Below are positions 33,167 to 42,548 of a stretch of 43,481 nt of DNA, one piece after another. The position numbers and the translations under genes are program-made. The notes under the pieces were generated by a model, which was given only the letters and a program-made list of their open reading frames with translations, did no database searches and was not told the origin of the DNA. Position 1 is the stretch's first letter. Each line of letters opens with the position of its first letter. Origin of the DNA: a virus (Duplodnaviria > Caudoviricetes); the IMG/VR virus record IMGVR_UViG_3300048599_000711, positions 1 to 43,481 of that record; one strand, 5' to 3'.

Positions 33167-36064
33167 ATGGCGATTACTGCCGCAAAATTACGAGTTGAAA
33201 TTGGCGCGGACACTCAAAACGCAGAAGCCGGGATGAATCGCGTTCAGGCCGGGATGCAGAAATTAGGCACAGTTGGCCAGGTTGCCCTGGGGACCGTACT
33301 GGGCAGCGCCGTGAAAAAGGCAGGCGAAGAAATCCTGGGTCTTGGCGGGCAGGCCCTCGATGCTTATTCCGGATTTGAGCGGATGGGAATGAGCATGCAG
33401 CAGCTCGTGGCGAAGGAACAGCTCAACACAGGCGCTGCAACCGATATGGCTTCCGCCCTGGGGATGAGCGCCGATGCAGCCCAGGGATTGCTCAAATGGA
33501 ACCAGCAACTGGCCATTGACAGCCCGTTTACGAGCAAGGGCGTCAATGACGCTTTCAGTATGGCCATGGCGTATGGATTTAACTCCAAACAGGCCAAACG
33601 GTTAACTCAGGACCTGATTGATTTCTCCGCCGGTGCAGGAAAGTCCGAAAACACAATGCAGCGGGTTGCCCTGGCTCTGGGGCAAATAAATGCAAAAGGA
33701 AAGTTGGCTGGTCAAGAAGTTCTTCAACTCACTGAAGCAGGCATCAGTGTAGACCAAATATTAGCCAAAGCATTTAATAAATCCACGGCAGAAATCGTTT
33801 CGATGCGCGAGGATGGACTGATTCCGGCCGACCAGGCAATCGAAGCCATTGCGCAGAGCCTGGAGAAGGACTTCGGCGGCGCCGCCAAACGCCAGGCTGA
33901 ATCGTTCAGTGGGTTGATCTCCTCCCTGGAAGACATCAAGGAAATTGATTTACGCGAGGCCTTCAGCGGTGTTTTTGAAGAGTTCAAACCAGACCTTATC
34001 CAAGTTGTGGACACCTTGCAAGATCCTAAGGCCCTGAATTCAATACGCGCCTGGGGGGAGAGTTTCGCAAAAAGCGCGAGGGAAATGGTTAATGGAATAA
34101 AAAATATCCTTGGATGGTATAACAACCTTGAAAATGGAACACAGACCACAATCATCGGGTTAGGTCTATTAGCGCTTAATGCTAAGACTGTGAGCACCGC
34201 AATCAACGGTATTGTGACAATCGCTTCTGGACTGCCTACTTTAATCAACGGATTATCTACCTCATGGGCCTGGTTAAATACAGGGTTTAGCCTCACCACA
34301 TCCCTACAGGAAGGAATGGGGCTGTCGAGCATGGCCATTTCACTTGGCGCCGTGGGGTTGGCTGTTGGAGGAGTCGCCGCTGCCTGGCTTGTATGGAATG
34401 AAACCATTGGAAAAACGAATCGCATTGTTTCAGAAAAAGTCTCACTCGGTCTAGAAAAAGATCTTGGTCTTGTAGCCCAAAAAACCAAAGATAATACTGC
34501 CCTCCTGGATGAATTCATTACTAAATACAAGGAATTTAAAACAGAAGCGGCGAAAGAAAGGAATACCCCTGAATTTCTATTAAACAACAAAGAAATTGCC
34601 ACCTCAGCATTAAAAGAATTTAGTGATTCTTTGCTTAAACTTAGTGGCGATTATGAAACCTACCAACGGATGATGCTTAAAGCTGCTGATGCAACAGGAG
34701 TGATGAATAATCGTTCTGCGCAATTAATTATGTCTGGTACCAATGTAGCACTTAAAAACCAGTACATGGCGGATACTCTTTCGATTCTTACGAAAGAACA
34801 ATGGGCAGCAACGCGGGCGGTTGATCCTTTGGCACAAAGTTATAAGGGCCTTGATAGATATCAACGAGCCGCTATCGATTCTATGTATGGCATGACCGCT
34901 TCTTTTCTCCAGCAGTCGATGGCCGCCCATAATACGATCCCTATTATCAGCAGCTATAACGAGGCTATGGGGAAAGTTACCGAAGCGCAGAATAAATTTA
35001 ACGAATCATTCGGTGATAAAGTCGTTCAGAAAATGGATCAATTAGGTATTAAAGGAAAAAAATATACTGACGTTCTGGGTTTATTAGACGAAAAAAACGG
35101 GACAAATTTATTAGCCCAGTATCAAACAAACCAAAGTCTTGATGACCTGATGAAAAAATATTATGCAGGAACTATCAGTCTTGAGGATCTTGGCACTGCC
35201 TTGGAAACTAACAAAACCCAGTGGGAAAAGCTCGATGAAGGAATTCAAGCAGCCAAAGATACCTGGGATTCATTCATCCGCAGCATCGCTTCAGCAGATG
35301 GGATGCACGTCACCATCACAGCCGATGTCTCTTCATCAGGCGGCTCGTCCGGAGGAAGCAAGGGATCAACCGGGTCCGGCATAGCAAAATGTTTTATCGG
35401 TTCGACCCTGGTTGATACCCCCCAGGGTCCGCGGCCGATCAGCGCCCTTTCCGCTGGCGATGAAGTGCTGCTGCTTAACGAATACCAGGAACTGGAAATC
35501 ACCCAGGTTGAGGATGTGATTACCGGTTATCGGGATGACCTGGTTTCAGTCGAAACGAGTAATCGCCAGGTGTTCCACTGCTCTCCCAACCATCCATTCA
35601 AAACACCAGATGGCTTTATCTGGGCGGGCACGCTTCAGCCAGGAACCGAATTGATATCAACCGATGCGTCGGTTTCTGTTCTATCGGTCACTCCATACCC
35701 GGGTACGTTCCGGGTATTTGATATCCGAGTCTACCATCCAGATCACACGTTTCTTGTGGGCGGGATTTGTGTGCATAACAAGGAGCCAGTCGAGACCCGG
35801 GCCAGTGGTGGACCAGGTTATAAAGGTGATTGGTACCTGACCGGCGAAGAAGGTCCAGAACTTATTCGGTTTCCTCGCAATGGGACGGTCTTTACCAACC
35901 AAGAGACCCAGGGGATCTTGAACTCTTTGCAGTCCATAGCGCAAGGCGCCACCGGCGCTTCGATCAACGTCAACATATACCCACAGCAAGCATCCACCGA
36001 ACTCGATTACTACTCGATAGCTTACACCGCTGCCGGAATCATCAAGCGGAAGATGAATTTATAG
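33167..36064 (+). CDS. Tape measure protein with Hint domain
   Basis: LRVEIGADT start, SPF...ALGQINAKGKLAGQEVLQLTEAG tape-measure domain, ASGG...GEEGPEL C-terminus; Hint at 35390-35779. Confidence 0.9.
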   Translation: MAITAAKLRVEIGADTQNAEAGMNRVQAGMQKLGTVGQVALGTVLGSAVKKAGEEILGLGGQALDAYSGFERMGMSMQQLVAKEQLNTGAATDMASALGMSADAAQGLLKWNQQLAIDSPFTSKGVNDAFSMAMAYGFNSKQAKRLTQDLIDFSAGAGKSENTMQRVALALGQINAKGKLAGQEVLQLTEAGISVDQILAKAFNKSTAEIVSMREDGLIPADQAIEAIAQSLEKDFGGAAKRQAESFSGLISSLEDIKEIDLREAFSGVFEEFKPDLIQVVDTLQDPKALNSIRAWGESFAKSAREMVNGIKNILGWYNNLENGTQTTIIGLGLLALNAKTVSTAINGIVTIASGLPTLINGLSTSWAWLNTGFSLTTSLQEGMGLSSMAISLGAVGLAVGGVAAAWLVWNETIGKTNRIVSEKVSLGLEKDLGLVAQKTKDNTALLDEFITKYKEFKTEAAKERNTPEFLLNNKEIATSALKEFSDSLLKLSGDYETYQRMMLKAADATGVMNNRSAQLIMSGTNVALKNQYMADTLSILTKEQWAATRAVDPLAQSYKGLDRYQRAAIDSMYGMTASFLQQSMAAHNTIPIISSYNEAMGKVTEAQNKFNESFGDKVVQKMDQLGIKGKKYTDVLGLLDEKNGTNLLAQYQTNQSLDDLMKKYYAGTISLEDLGTALETNKTQWEKLDEGIQAAKDTWDSFIRSIASADGMHVTITADVSSSGGSSGGSKGSTGSGIAKCFIGSTLVDTPQGPRPISALSAGDEVLLLNEYQELEITQVEDVITGYRDDLVSVETSNRQVFHCSPNHPFKTPDGFIWAGTLQPGTELISTDASVSVLSVTPYPGTFRVFDIRVYHPDHTFLVGGICVHNKEPVETRASGGPGYKGDWYLTGEEGPELIRFPRNGTVFTNQETQGILNSLQSIAQGATGASINVNIYPQQASTELDYYSIAYTAAGIIKRKMNL

Positions 36065-36066
36065 AA

Positions 36067-36086
36067 CCGATAATGGAGATTATCAG
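36067..36086. repeat. Dif-like palindrome copy 11
   Basis: CCGATAA TGGAGA TTATCAG; spacer doubles as RBS. Confidence 0.85.
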
Positions 36087-36089
36087 AAT

Positions 36090-37511
36090 ATGGCGCCGCA
36101 TTTATTACGGTTCACAATAGACCTTGATTCAATCGATTTGACCAGTTCTCCCTACTGGCTGATGCACTATGTGCCATCATCTCCCGATATTTCGGCCGTG
36201 GACGCCGTCAGTGAACTTGAGGATGGCGGTGAACGCATTCGAACGACCCGCCGGAATGTATCCGAAACCATTGAGGTCATGTTACGACCCGGTTCTGGCT
36301 TCACCATGGCTCAGGCTCAAAGCGAAGTTCAACGTCTGGAAAACCTCTTTCGGCTCGCAGAAGAAAGACAAGACAATAAGGCGACCATTCCGCTTTATCT
36401 TGAATTCCAACCCAAAGATACTTCAGCAATTTTTCGATCAGAAATTCTTTCGGGTAAAGTTGTTATTGATGACGATGGATTATCAACCTGGGCCATTAGT
36501 AAAACTGTTCTCATACAAATCCTCATCACACGGCGGTTTTACTGGGAGCAATCCAGTGAAGTGGAACTGCCATTATGGTCGACTGCCAATCCTGCGCCTG
36601 CTACCACAGGAGGTGTAATCGTAAACAATCGATGCGACTCAGGATATAGTAACTGGGTTTACGCCGCTGGAGGATACATTGGAGGATCTATTCCATCCCC
36701 AATAAGATTGGAGATCAATAACAATTTTAATAATACAACTCGATTTACCAAAATGTGGGTTGGTCAGAACATTTTCTCCAGTATGAATATCTCTAACCTC
36801 ATAGAAGCTGAAACAGCAGATCATGGAACTTCTTCTACTGTGGTTGATGTTGCAGGTACCAGCGGCGGGAAAATTCTTCAGTGTCAGGTGTCCAGCTCCG
36901 CATATCAGGTAATTTGTGGATGGGATTTGACATCCTCGATGCTCAGTCAATACAAGGGAAGATTTTTTCGGATTTTTGCAAAATTCGGGTCAAATCCTCC
37001 GATTAACGGTCTCTACACTCAGTTCAGGCTGTATTTTCCTTCCGGAACCTATCTAACTTTGGTCGGGCAAACACCTGAAGTAATGCTCAGCACATCCTAC
37101 ACCTATCAAGATCTCGGGACCATCCAACTGCCTCCATGGCTAACCAATGAAGACAATTTGACAGCTCTACGGTTAGGTATGTTTGTTCGATCCGCATCCA
37201 ATACTCTCGCAAATCTGGCGTTTGATTACATCCATATCACACCACTCGATGGCTTCCGAGTCTTAGACCCTGTTGGCTATGGTACTCCTTACGGATATAC
37301 CCTGACTGATGATGCGATGAATCGGTCTCTATTTGTCACTGATGGGACAACAAAGGCAGGCTATTATGTCGGCTATGGAAATCCGCTCATGGTCTGGCCT
37401 GGCCATAATACAAAATTTTATTTTATGGCCAGAAATGACTTGGATGCCTTCGAATTAACAAGAACTTATCGAATCAGGTTATTTTATCGACCAAGGAGAC
37501 TGACCGTATGA
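36090..37511 (+). CDS. Distal tail protein (Dit-like, with inserted domain)
   Basis: Position after the tape measure gene; GSIPSPIRLEI...YRPRRL ending. Confidence 0.6.
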   Translation: MAPHLLRFTIDLDSIDLTSSPYWLMHYVPSSPDISAVDAVSELEDGGERIRTTRRNVSETIEVMLRPGSGFTMAQAQSEVQRLENLFRLAEERQDNKATIPLYLEFQPKDTSAIFRSEILSGKVVIDDDGLSTWAISKTVLIQILITRRFYWEQSSEVELPLWSTANPAPATTGGVIVNNRCDSGYSNWVYAAGGYIGGSIPSPIRLEINNNFNNTTRFTKMWVGQNIFSSMNISNLIEAETADHGTSSTVVDVAGTSGGKILQCQVSSSAYQVICGWDLTSSMLSQYKGRFFRIFAKFGSNPPINGLYTQFRLYFPSGTYLTLVGQTPEVMLSTSYTYQDLGTIQLPPWLTNEDNLTALRLGMFVRSASNTLANLAFDYIHITPLDGFRVLDPVGYGTPYGYTLTDDAMNRSLFVTDGTTKAGYYVGYGNPLMVWPGHNTKFYFMARNDLDAFELTRTYRIRLFYRPRRLTV

Positions 37512-39046
37512 AGGCGCTATATCCAGTTTTCTTCCAACGTGATTTTTCCGAAAAACTTACAAATCCTGCTGAAAAAATGATCATTAATCCATATTCGGCG
37601 AAATCAATAGGAGGAAATGATCAATTAACTATTACCGCTTTCGGCAACAAACAGCAACTTTGGGCATTGACGGATTGGCTTCGCGTCCCTGTAGAAATAT
37701 GGGATTGGCGAGGTGAAGCAGTTTGGTGGGGTTTCGTCAAAACGGTTACTGTCAGAATCGGGAATCTAGAGATAGGGGTATCTCTTGATAACATGTATAA
37801 CCGTGTTGCAGTCGCCTACGCAGAAGAAGGGGGAAGTGGAAAACGAGCGACAACGAGTTGGGTCCAGGATGACACCAGTGTTGCGACCTTTGGAAAAAAA
37901 GAGCTACTTTATTCTCAATCTTATGGGAACGAACAATCAGCAAACTCTTTACGAGATCGGATTCTCTCTGAGCGTAAAAATCCACAATCTAAAATTACCG
38001 TTCTACCAGATGTTAATGGTATCTCTGCAACGATGGAGTGTGTTGGTTGGTGGGAGGCGCTGGACTGGGTCTATTATAGCCAACCTGCCGGTCTGGAAGA
38101 ATACACAGATTCAGGAACCGGAACCCAAGAGCTAGGAAAGTCATCTTCCAACCAGAAGGTTGCACAAAGTTTTAAATCCTCTCTTTCATGGGATGCAGCT
38201 TCAATCGAGATCAGCATCTCAAAGGTCAATAGCCCAACAGATGCTATCCAAATCGATTTATGTTCAGATTCTTCTGGTACACCAGGCATTGTTTTAGCCC
38301 ATGGGCAAGTTCCAAACTCTGATATCGATTCGGGCTCGAATATGGTCAAAGCGTCACTAGACGTCCAAGTCCCAATAAGCGCCGGGGTCACATACTGGAT
38401 TGTTATTTATAGATCAGGCTCTCTGGATACATCCAATTGTTATCGGATTAACTGTAACGAAGAAGCTGCTTATGCTAATGGGATTTTCCGGATTTTCAAC
38501 GGCACAACCTGGTCCCCCCGTGATCCAAATGCCGATATGAATTTCCGTGTAAATGGCGCTCGTGAAAACACGATGCAAATGCAAGATATGGTTAGCGCCA
38601 GCCAGTTCTTTACAAGTTTCACAGTCGACCAGGGATCAGGGATTAAATCCAGCCAGTATCGTGATGGAGACACCACCATCAGAACAGAACTTGAGTCTTT
38701 GTTGAAGACAGGCAAAGCCAATGGAACCAGATATCTTGCGGCTGTCAGCCAAGCCCGGGTTATTCGAGTCTATCAAGAGCCTTTTTATTTAGAAGATGAT
38801 GTTGATATCTTAATGTCATCTACTGGAGATCTTGAAGGGAAACTACAAACATCCATTCTGAGGCATACCTGCCCAGTTGCCGCCTGGGTGAAATTAAAAG
38901 ATGTTATTCCAAACAGTTCAGGTTCTCAGTTTATTACCGATGTTGGGCGTTTTTTCATCGAACGAGCTGAGTATGATCCTGTATCGGAAAGGCTCTCCCC
39001 AGAACCAAGGGGGAGCGATAGTACCTGGGATATTTTAGGGGAATAG
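37508..39046 (+). CDS. Tail hub/tip protein
   Basis: WWGFV...LDNMYNRV...SVATFGKKE; VAQSF...GVTYWIV beta domain. Confidence 0.6.
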   Translation: MKALYPVFFQRDFSEKLTNPAEKMIINPYSAKSIGGNDQLTITAFGNKQQLWALTDWLRVPVEIWDWRGEAVWWGFVKTVTVRIGNLEIGVSLDNMYNRVAVAYAEEGGSGKRATTSWVQDDTSVATFGKKELLYSQSYGNEQSANSLRDRILSERKNPQSKITVLPDVNGISATMECVGWWEALDWVYYSQPAGLEEYTDSGTGTQELGKSSSNQKVAQSFKSSLSWDAASIEISISKVNSPTDAIQIDLCSDSSGTPGIVLAHGQVPNSDIDSGSNMVKASLDVQVPISAGVTYWIVIYRSGSLDTSNCYRINCNEEAAYANGIFRIFNGTTWSPRDPNADMNFRVNGARENTMQMQDMVSASQFFTSFTVDQGSGIKSSQYRDGDTTIRTELESLLKTGKANGTRYLAAVSQARVIRVYQEPFYLEDDVDILMSSTGDLEGKLQTSILRHTCPVAAWVKLKDVIPNSSGSQFITDVGRFFIERAEYDPVSERLSPEPRGSDSTWDILGE

Positions 39047-39048
39047 AA

Positions 39049-39069
39049 CAGATAATATGGACTTATCGA
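39049..39069. repeat. Dif-like palindrome copy 12 (7-nt spacer, degenerate)
   Basis: CAGATAA TATGGAC TTATCGA overlapping a start codon. Confidence 0.6.
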
Positions 39070-41120
39070 AACTAGCTTCGGATATCAATCCCTATATTAA
39101 ACCATTCGTGGTCCGCTGGATCGGTGAAATTCAATCCACGAGTCGTGGAGCGCCCACCCCACACGATCTTCAATCAAAACACCATACAGGATCAATCTCG
39201 GATGCCCAGGGACCGCAATTTCTTAAATCTGATGGCAGCAGGCTATTATCAGGGAGCCTGGATGTATCACCTGGAATCACAATTGATGGCGTTGACCTGA
39301 GTGAATTTTGGACAGCATATCAAGCCCATTTGTCCTCTGATAGCCATACTAAATATGCCAGTGCAGCAGGCTCTGGCATATTACGCCCGGCTGAAGCACT
39401 CTCGAAATCTGTAAATGCAGGATGGGGTTTATCTGGAGGTGGGACATTAACAGATGATGTTGATATATCAGTGGATGCTAGCAGCGCTCCAGGATCAACT
39501 TCCCAAGTTTTGAAAACCAATGAAGATGGAGAAATCATTCTGAATCGTGTAGTTTCCGACGCTGGTTTCTTTCCAACATTTCCAGACACAGCAGATTTAG
39601 GATCTTCCTCAAAGCCTTTCCGGAAGGGATGGCTGTCAGAGATGGATGCGGTCCTATTCTCAAAAAACACAATGACCCTTCTTGGGGGGTGGTTCCGTGT
39701 ATCAAAAAATGAAGGTGTACTTCCAACTGACTTAACTGAAATCATGACAACTTATGATTTCGGTCAATCTATGACCGTTGGCGATTTTGTTTTAATGAAA
39801 TCGCCATTGCAAATGGAATATGTCCAAATTGGATCTTTGGTTAATGGAACCATATATAACCTTACGCGGAATCTTGATGGCTCAGGTGTAAATTCCTGGC
39901 CAGCCGGAACCCTTTATGTTGTTAATGGACAAAATGGGGATGGATGGATCGAGTTTAATGCTTACGATACCCCCCGTATGTCTATCTTCCGGCAAGGTTC
40001 AACTTATTCATCACAGACTGAAAATTATCGCGCCGGTGACCTTATTGGAAATTGGGGCTATCTCGCATCGGCTTTTGGCATTGCGATTGGAGAATATGCA
40101 AATAACAAACCGAACTTGACCATTGATTCAACAAACGGATTTCGTATTAGAAACTACTCGACGACCGTGATCCAATTAGATACAGCAGGAAACGCGGACA
40201 TAACTTCAAAGTTAAGGCTGCCTGGAACTGGATCCGCGCTTGCAATCGGATCAACACCGCCAACAAGTTCATCTTCCGGTACAGGAGGCTGGATTGATCG
40301 AACTGGTTTTTATGGTTTAGCGGCAAATACCGTACAGGCAAAATGGGATTTTGGGACCGGAAAAATTACTGCTGGAGCAGGCGCAGTCATTTTAGACCAA
40401 ACCGGCCTGGGCCTAGTCAAAACACCCAGTCTGATCCAGGGATTTTATCAGCCCGCGTCGATCACCTGGTGGACCGACAACAAGGCGTCTATCGTAGCGA
40501 CAATGGGGCCAATTGTGGACACGGCGGGGTCCATCGGTCTCTCTTTTTGGGGCGAGGGCGGCGCGGGCGGCACACACTATCTCGGCGTACTGGATTATGC
40601 GGCATCCGTGATCAACACGATCAAATTAAACACCGGCGCCATCATTGCGACCAGTCTGAGCGCGGACGGCTCTGGCGCGCTGGCGCCTACCAACAGTGTG
40701 TCAGCCACAAATCTCTATGGTACTCATATCGTCAAAAATGGTTACGAAGGATCGATATTTGTCCCGCTGCAGAGCCCATATACCAACACGAGCTGGGACG
40801 GGGACTCTAAATCAACGACCGGCAAAACACTGATCGGCCTCAACTCGTTTGGTGTGCCATCCGTCGCAAAGGCAATTGCGTGCTGGGTCGAGGTCAAGGA
40901 TTCGGGAAGCAGCACTACGGATAACTGGATCTGCCTATCGCCAAACGCAACCGCCTACAGCGGCGTCTATGTATCGTCTTATGGGATGCCAAACGACCGT
41001 CCGAACCGTGAGTTTTTGATCGTGCCCTGCACAGCGGGCGGCGATCTGTATTATCAGACACTCGCGTCAGGTGCGGGAACACTGGATGTTGTTATTCAGA
41101 TTTGGGGTTACTGGATTTAG
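39057..41120 (+). CDS. Tail fibre / receptor-binding protein
   Basis: G/S/T-rich mosaic protein, last tail gene, ends IWGYWI. Confidence 0.7.
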   Translation: MDLSKLASDINPYIKPFVVRWIGEIQSTSRGAPTPHDLQSKHHTGSISDAQGPQFLKSDGSRLLSGSLDVSPGITIDGVDLSEFWTAYQAHLSSDSHTKYASAAGSGILRPAEALSKSVNAGWGLSGGGTLTDDVDISVDASSAPGSTSQVLKTNEDGEIILNRVVSDAGFFPTFPDTADLGSSSKPFRKGWLSEMDAVLFSKNTMTLLGGWFRVSKNEGVLPTDLTEIMTTYDFGQSMTVGDFVLMKSPLQMEYVQIGSLVNGTIYNLTRNLDGSGVNSWPAGTLYVVNGQNGDGWIEFNAYDTPRMSIFRQGSTYSSQTENYRAGDLIGNWGYLASAFGIAIGEYANNKPNLTIDSTNGFRIRNYSTTVIQLDTAGNADITSKLRLPGTGSALAIGSTPPTSSSSGTGGWIDRTGFYGLAANTVQAKWDFGTGKITAGAGAVILDQTGLGLVKTPSLIQGFYQPASITWWTDNKASIVATMGPIVDTAGSIGLSFWGEGGAGGTHYLGVLDYAASVINTIKLNTGAIIATSLSADGSGALAPTNSVSATNLYGTHIVKNGYEGSIFVPLQSPYTNTSWDGDSKSTTGKTLIGLNSFGVPSVAKAIACWVEVKDSGSSTTDNWICLSPNATAYSGVYVSSYGMPNDRPNREFLIVPCTAGGDLYYQTLASGAGTLDVVIQIWGYWI

Positions 41121-41129
41121 GAGGAAAAT

Positions 41130-41381
41130 GTGGATGTTAACCGTTTGAAAGAGATTCAGGGCGAATATGAGGCTGAGTTTCAACGTCTTTCCCAAAAAGA
41201 AGCTCAATTGCAAACCCAGCTTGCAACGACTCAACAGCAAATTATTGCAACGGCTGGCGCAAAAGCGGCCATAATCTGCCTCATTCAAGAAGAACAAGCT
41301 GCGACTACTCCTCAAGTTGTCTCCGCTGCCCCAATAGAGCCCAATGAAGAGGCTAATAAAAAACCAACAGAGGAACAATGA
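41130..41381 (+). CDS. Small coiled-coil protein
   Basis: AGGAGG RBS, heptad pattern. Confidence 0.6.
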   Translation: MDVNRLKEIQGEYEAEFQRLSQKEAQLQTQLATTQQQIIATAGAKAAIICLIQEEQAATTPQVVSAAPIEPNEEANKKPTEEQ

Positions 41382-42469
41382 CAACGCCATTTGCAGGGAA
41401 AAGCATTTTTGTCTGGGAGAATGAAGCTATTCTCAATAACCAGCCGAATCTAATCGCCCAAAAACTGGCAAATGCCGGCTTTGAGACTGTTTACCTACAC
41501 ATTACCGACGGGCTTTATATCCCCTGGGTCGGATACCCAGCGGTAAGGAACGGTCGCCCCAACCGCGTTAACATTGACCTGGTCTCCGCGTTGAAGGCCA
41601 GAGGGCTGCACGTGTACGGCTGGGGCGCCGTTTATAATGCCGACCTGGTGCGCCAGGCGCAATTGGCCGCGCAGCGCTGCGCCGAGCTCGGCCTGGATGG
41701 CCATATTTTCGACGCAGAAGGCGATTTTGAAGAACCCGCCCAGGGCGCCAATTCCCGAGCGGTACGCCTGATAATGGAATTCAAAAAGATTTCCACACTT
41801 CCGGTTGCCTGGTGCTGGTGGTCCCACTACCAACCTCCATCCGGATCCGGAACCTGGCACCCAAAGGACATCCTCAGAGCTGTGATGGAGATCGCAGACG
41901 CGGGGATCATTATGGCTTACTGGTCCTGGGGCGATGCAGAGAAAGATGTTCTAAGATATCTGAATACCAGCCTGGATCAATGGGAAGTGTACACCAAAGG
42001 CAAGCCGATCATAGCAGCCGGCCGGGCGTATGTGGGCGACGGCGGAACCCCAACCACCGCATCAATCGCCGCTTTCCATAACCTGGCGGTGGCGCGCGGC
42101 TGCGCCGGCGTAAGCTGGTGGAGTCTGGAACATGCGCTCAAACTACCTGATATCTGGGCGGCTTTGTCGGCCCTTCCAGGATTTAAAACGGAACAACCGC
42201 CGGTTGTCATTCCTCAACCAGAACCCGAGCCAGAAAATCCGGTCATCACCAATGGTATCCAGATGCGAATTATCTGCCCCTGGTCCTTGCGCCTGCGAAA
42301 CAAGCCGGGAACCGTTGGGACCAATCTCATCCGCTGGCTGCAACCAGGAGATGAATTTATCGTTCAGGATATCGCCTACGCGACCAATGGCGCATGGGTT
42401 TATAACGGCGAGGGCTGGGCCTGCGCAGAAGACTCCAGCACAGCGTACATGGAACCTATCGCTGCATAA
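41378..42469 (+). CDS. Putative endolysin (glycoside hydrolase TIM barrel plus SH3b-like domain)
   Basis: VYGWG, HIFDAEG, GVSWWS; PQPEPEP linker; LRLRNKPG...GW C-terminus. Confidence 0.7.
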   Translation: MTTPFAGKSIFVWENEAILNNQPNLIAQKLANAGFETVYLHITDGLYIPWVGYPAVRNGRPNRVNIDLVSALKARGLHVYGWGAVYNADLVRQAQLAAQRCAELGLDGHIFDAEGDFEEPAQGANSRAVRLIMEFKKISTLPVAWCWWSHYQPPSGSGTWHPKDILRAVMEIADAGIIMAYWSWGDAEKDVLRYLNTSLDQWEVYTKGKPIIAAGRAYVGDGGTPTTASIAAFHNLAVARGCAGVSWWSLEHALKLPDIWAALSALPGFKTEQPPVVIPQPEPEPENPVITNGIQMRIICPWSLRLRNKPGTVGTNLIRWLQPGDEFIVQDIAYATNGAWVYNGEGWACAEDSSTAYMEPIAA

Positions 42470-42472
42470 CCG

Positions 42473-42492
42473 CCGATAATAACAATTATCCG
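42473..42492. repeat. Dif-like palindrome copy 13
   Basis: CCGATAA TAACAA TTATCCG between lysin and recombinase. Confidence 0.8.
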
Positions 42493-42493
42493 T

Positions 42494-42530
42494 ACTAAAA
42501 AAAGTCTCGGTTGCCCGAGACTTTTTTAGT
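42494..42530. terminator. Bidirectional intrinsic terminator
   Basis: ACTAAAAAAAGTCTCGG-TTGC-CCGAGACTTTTTTAGT between convergent genes. Confidence 0.85.
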
Positions 42531-42548
42531 TGATTGTCTGCTCTCTTC

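Noticed and set aside
35390-35779. Canonical mobile intein
   Set aside because: No homing endonuclease, and the +1 residue is Lys rather than Cys/Ser/Thr.
39057-41120. Diversity-generating retroelement or shufflon acting on the tail fibre
   Set aside because: No reverse transcriptase, template repeat or inverted alternative C-termini seen in the window.
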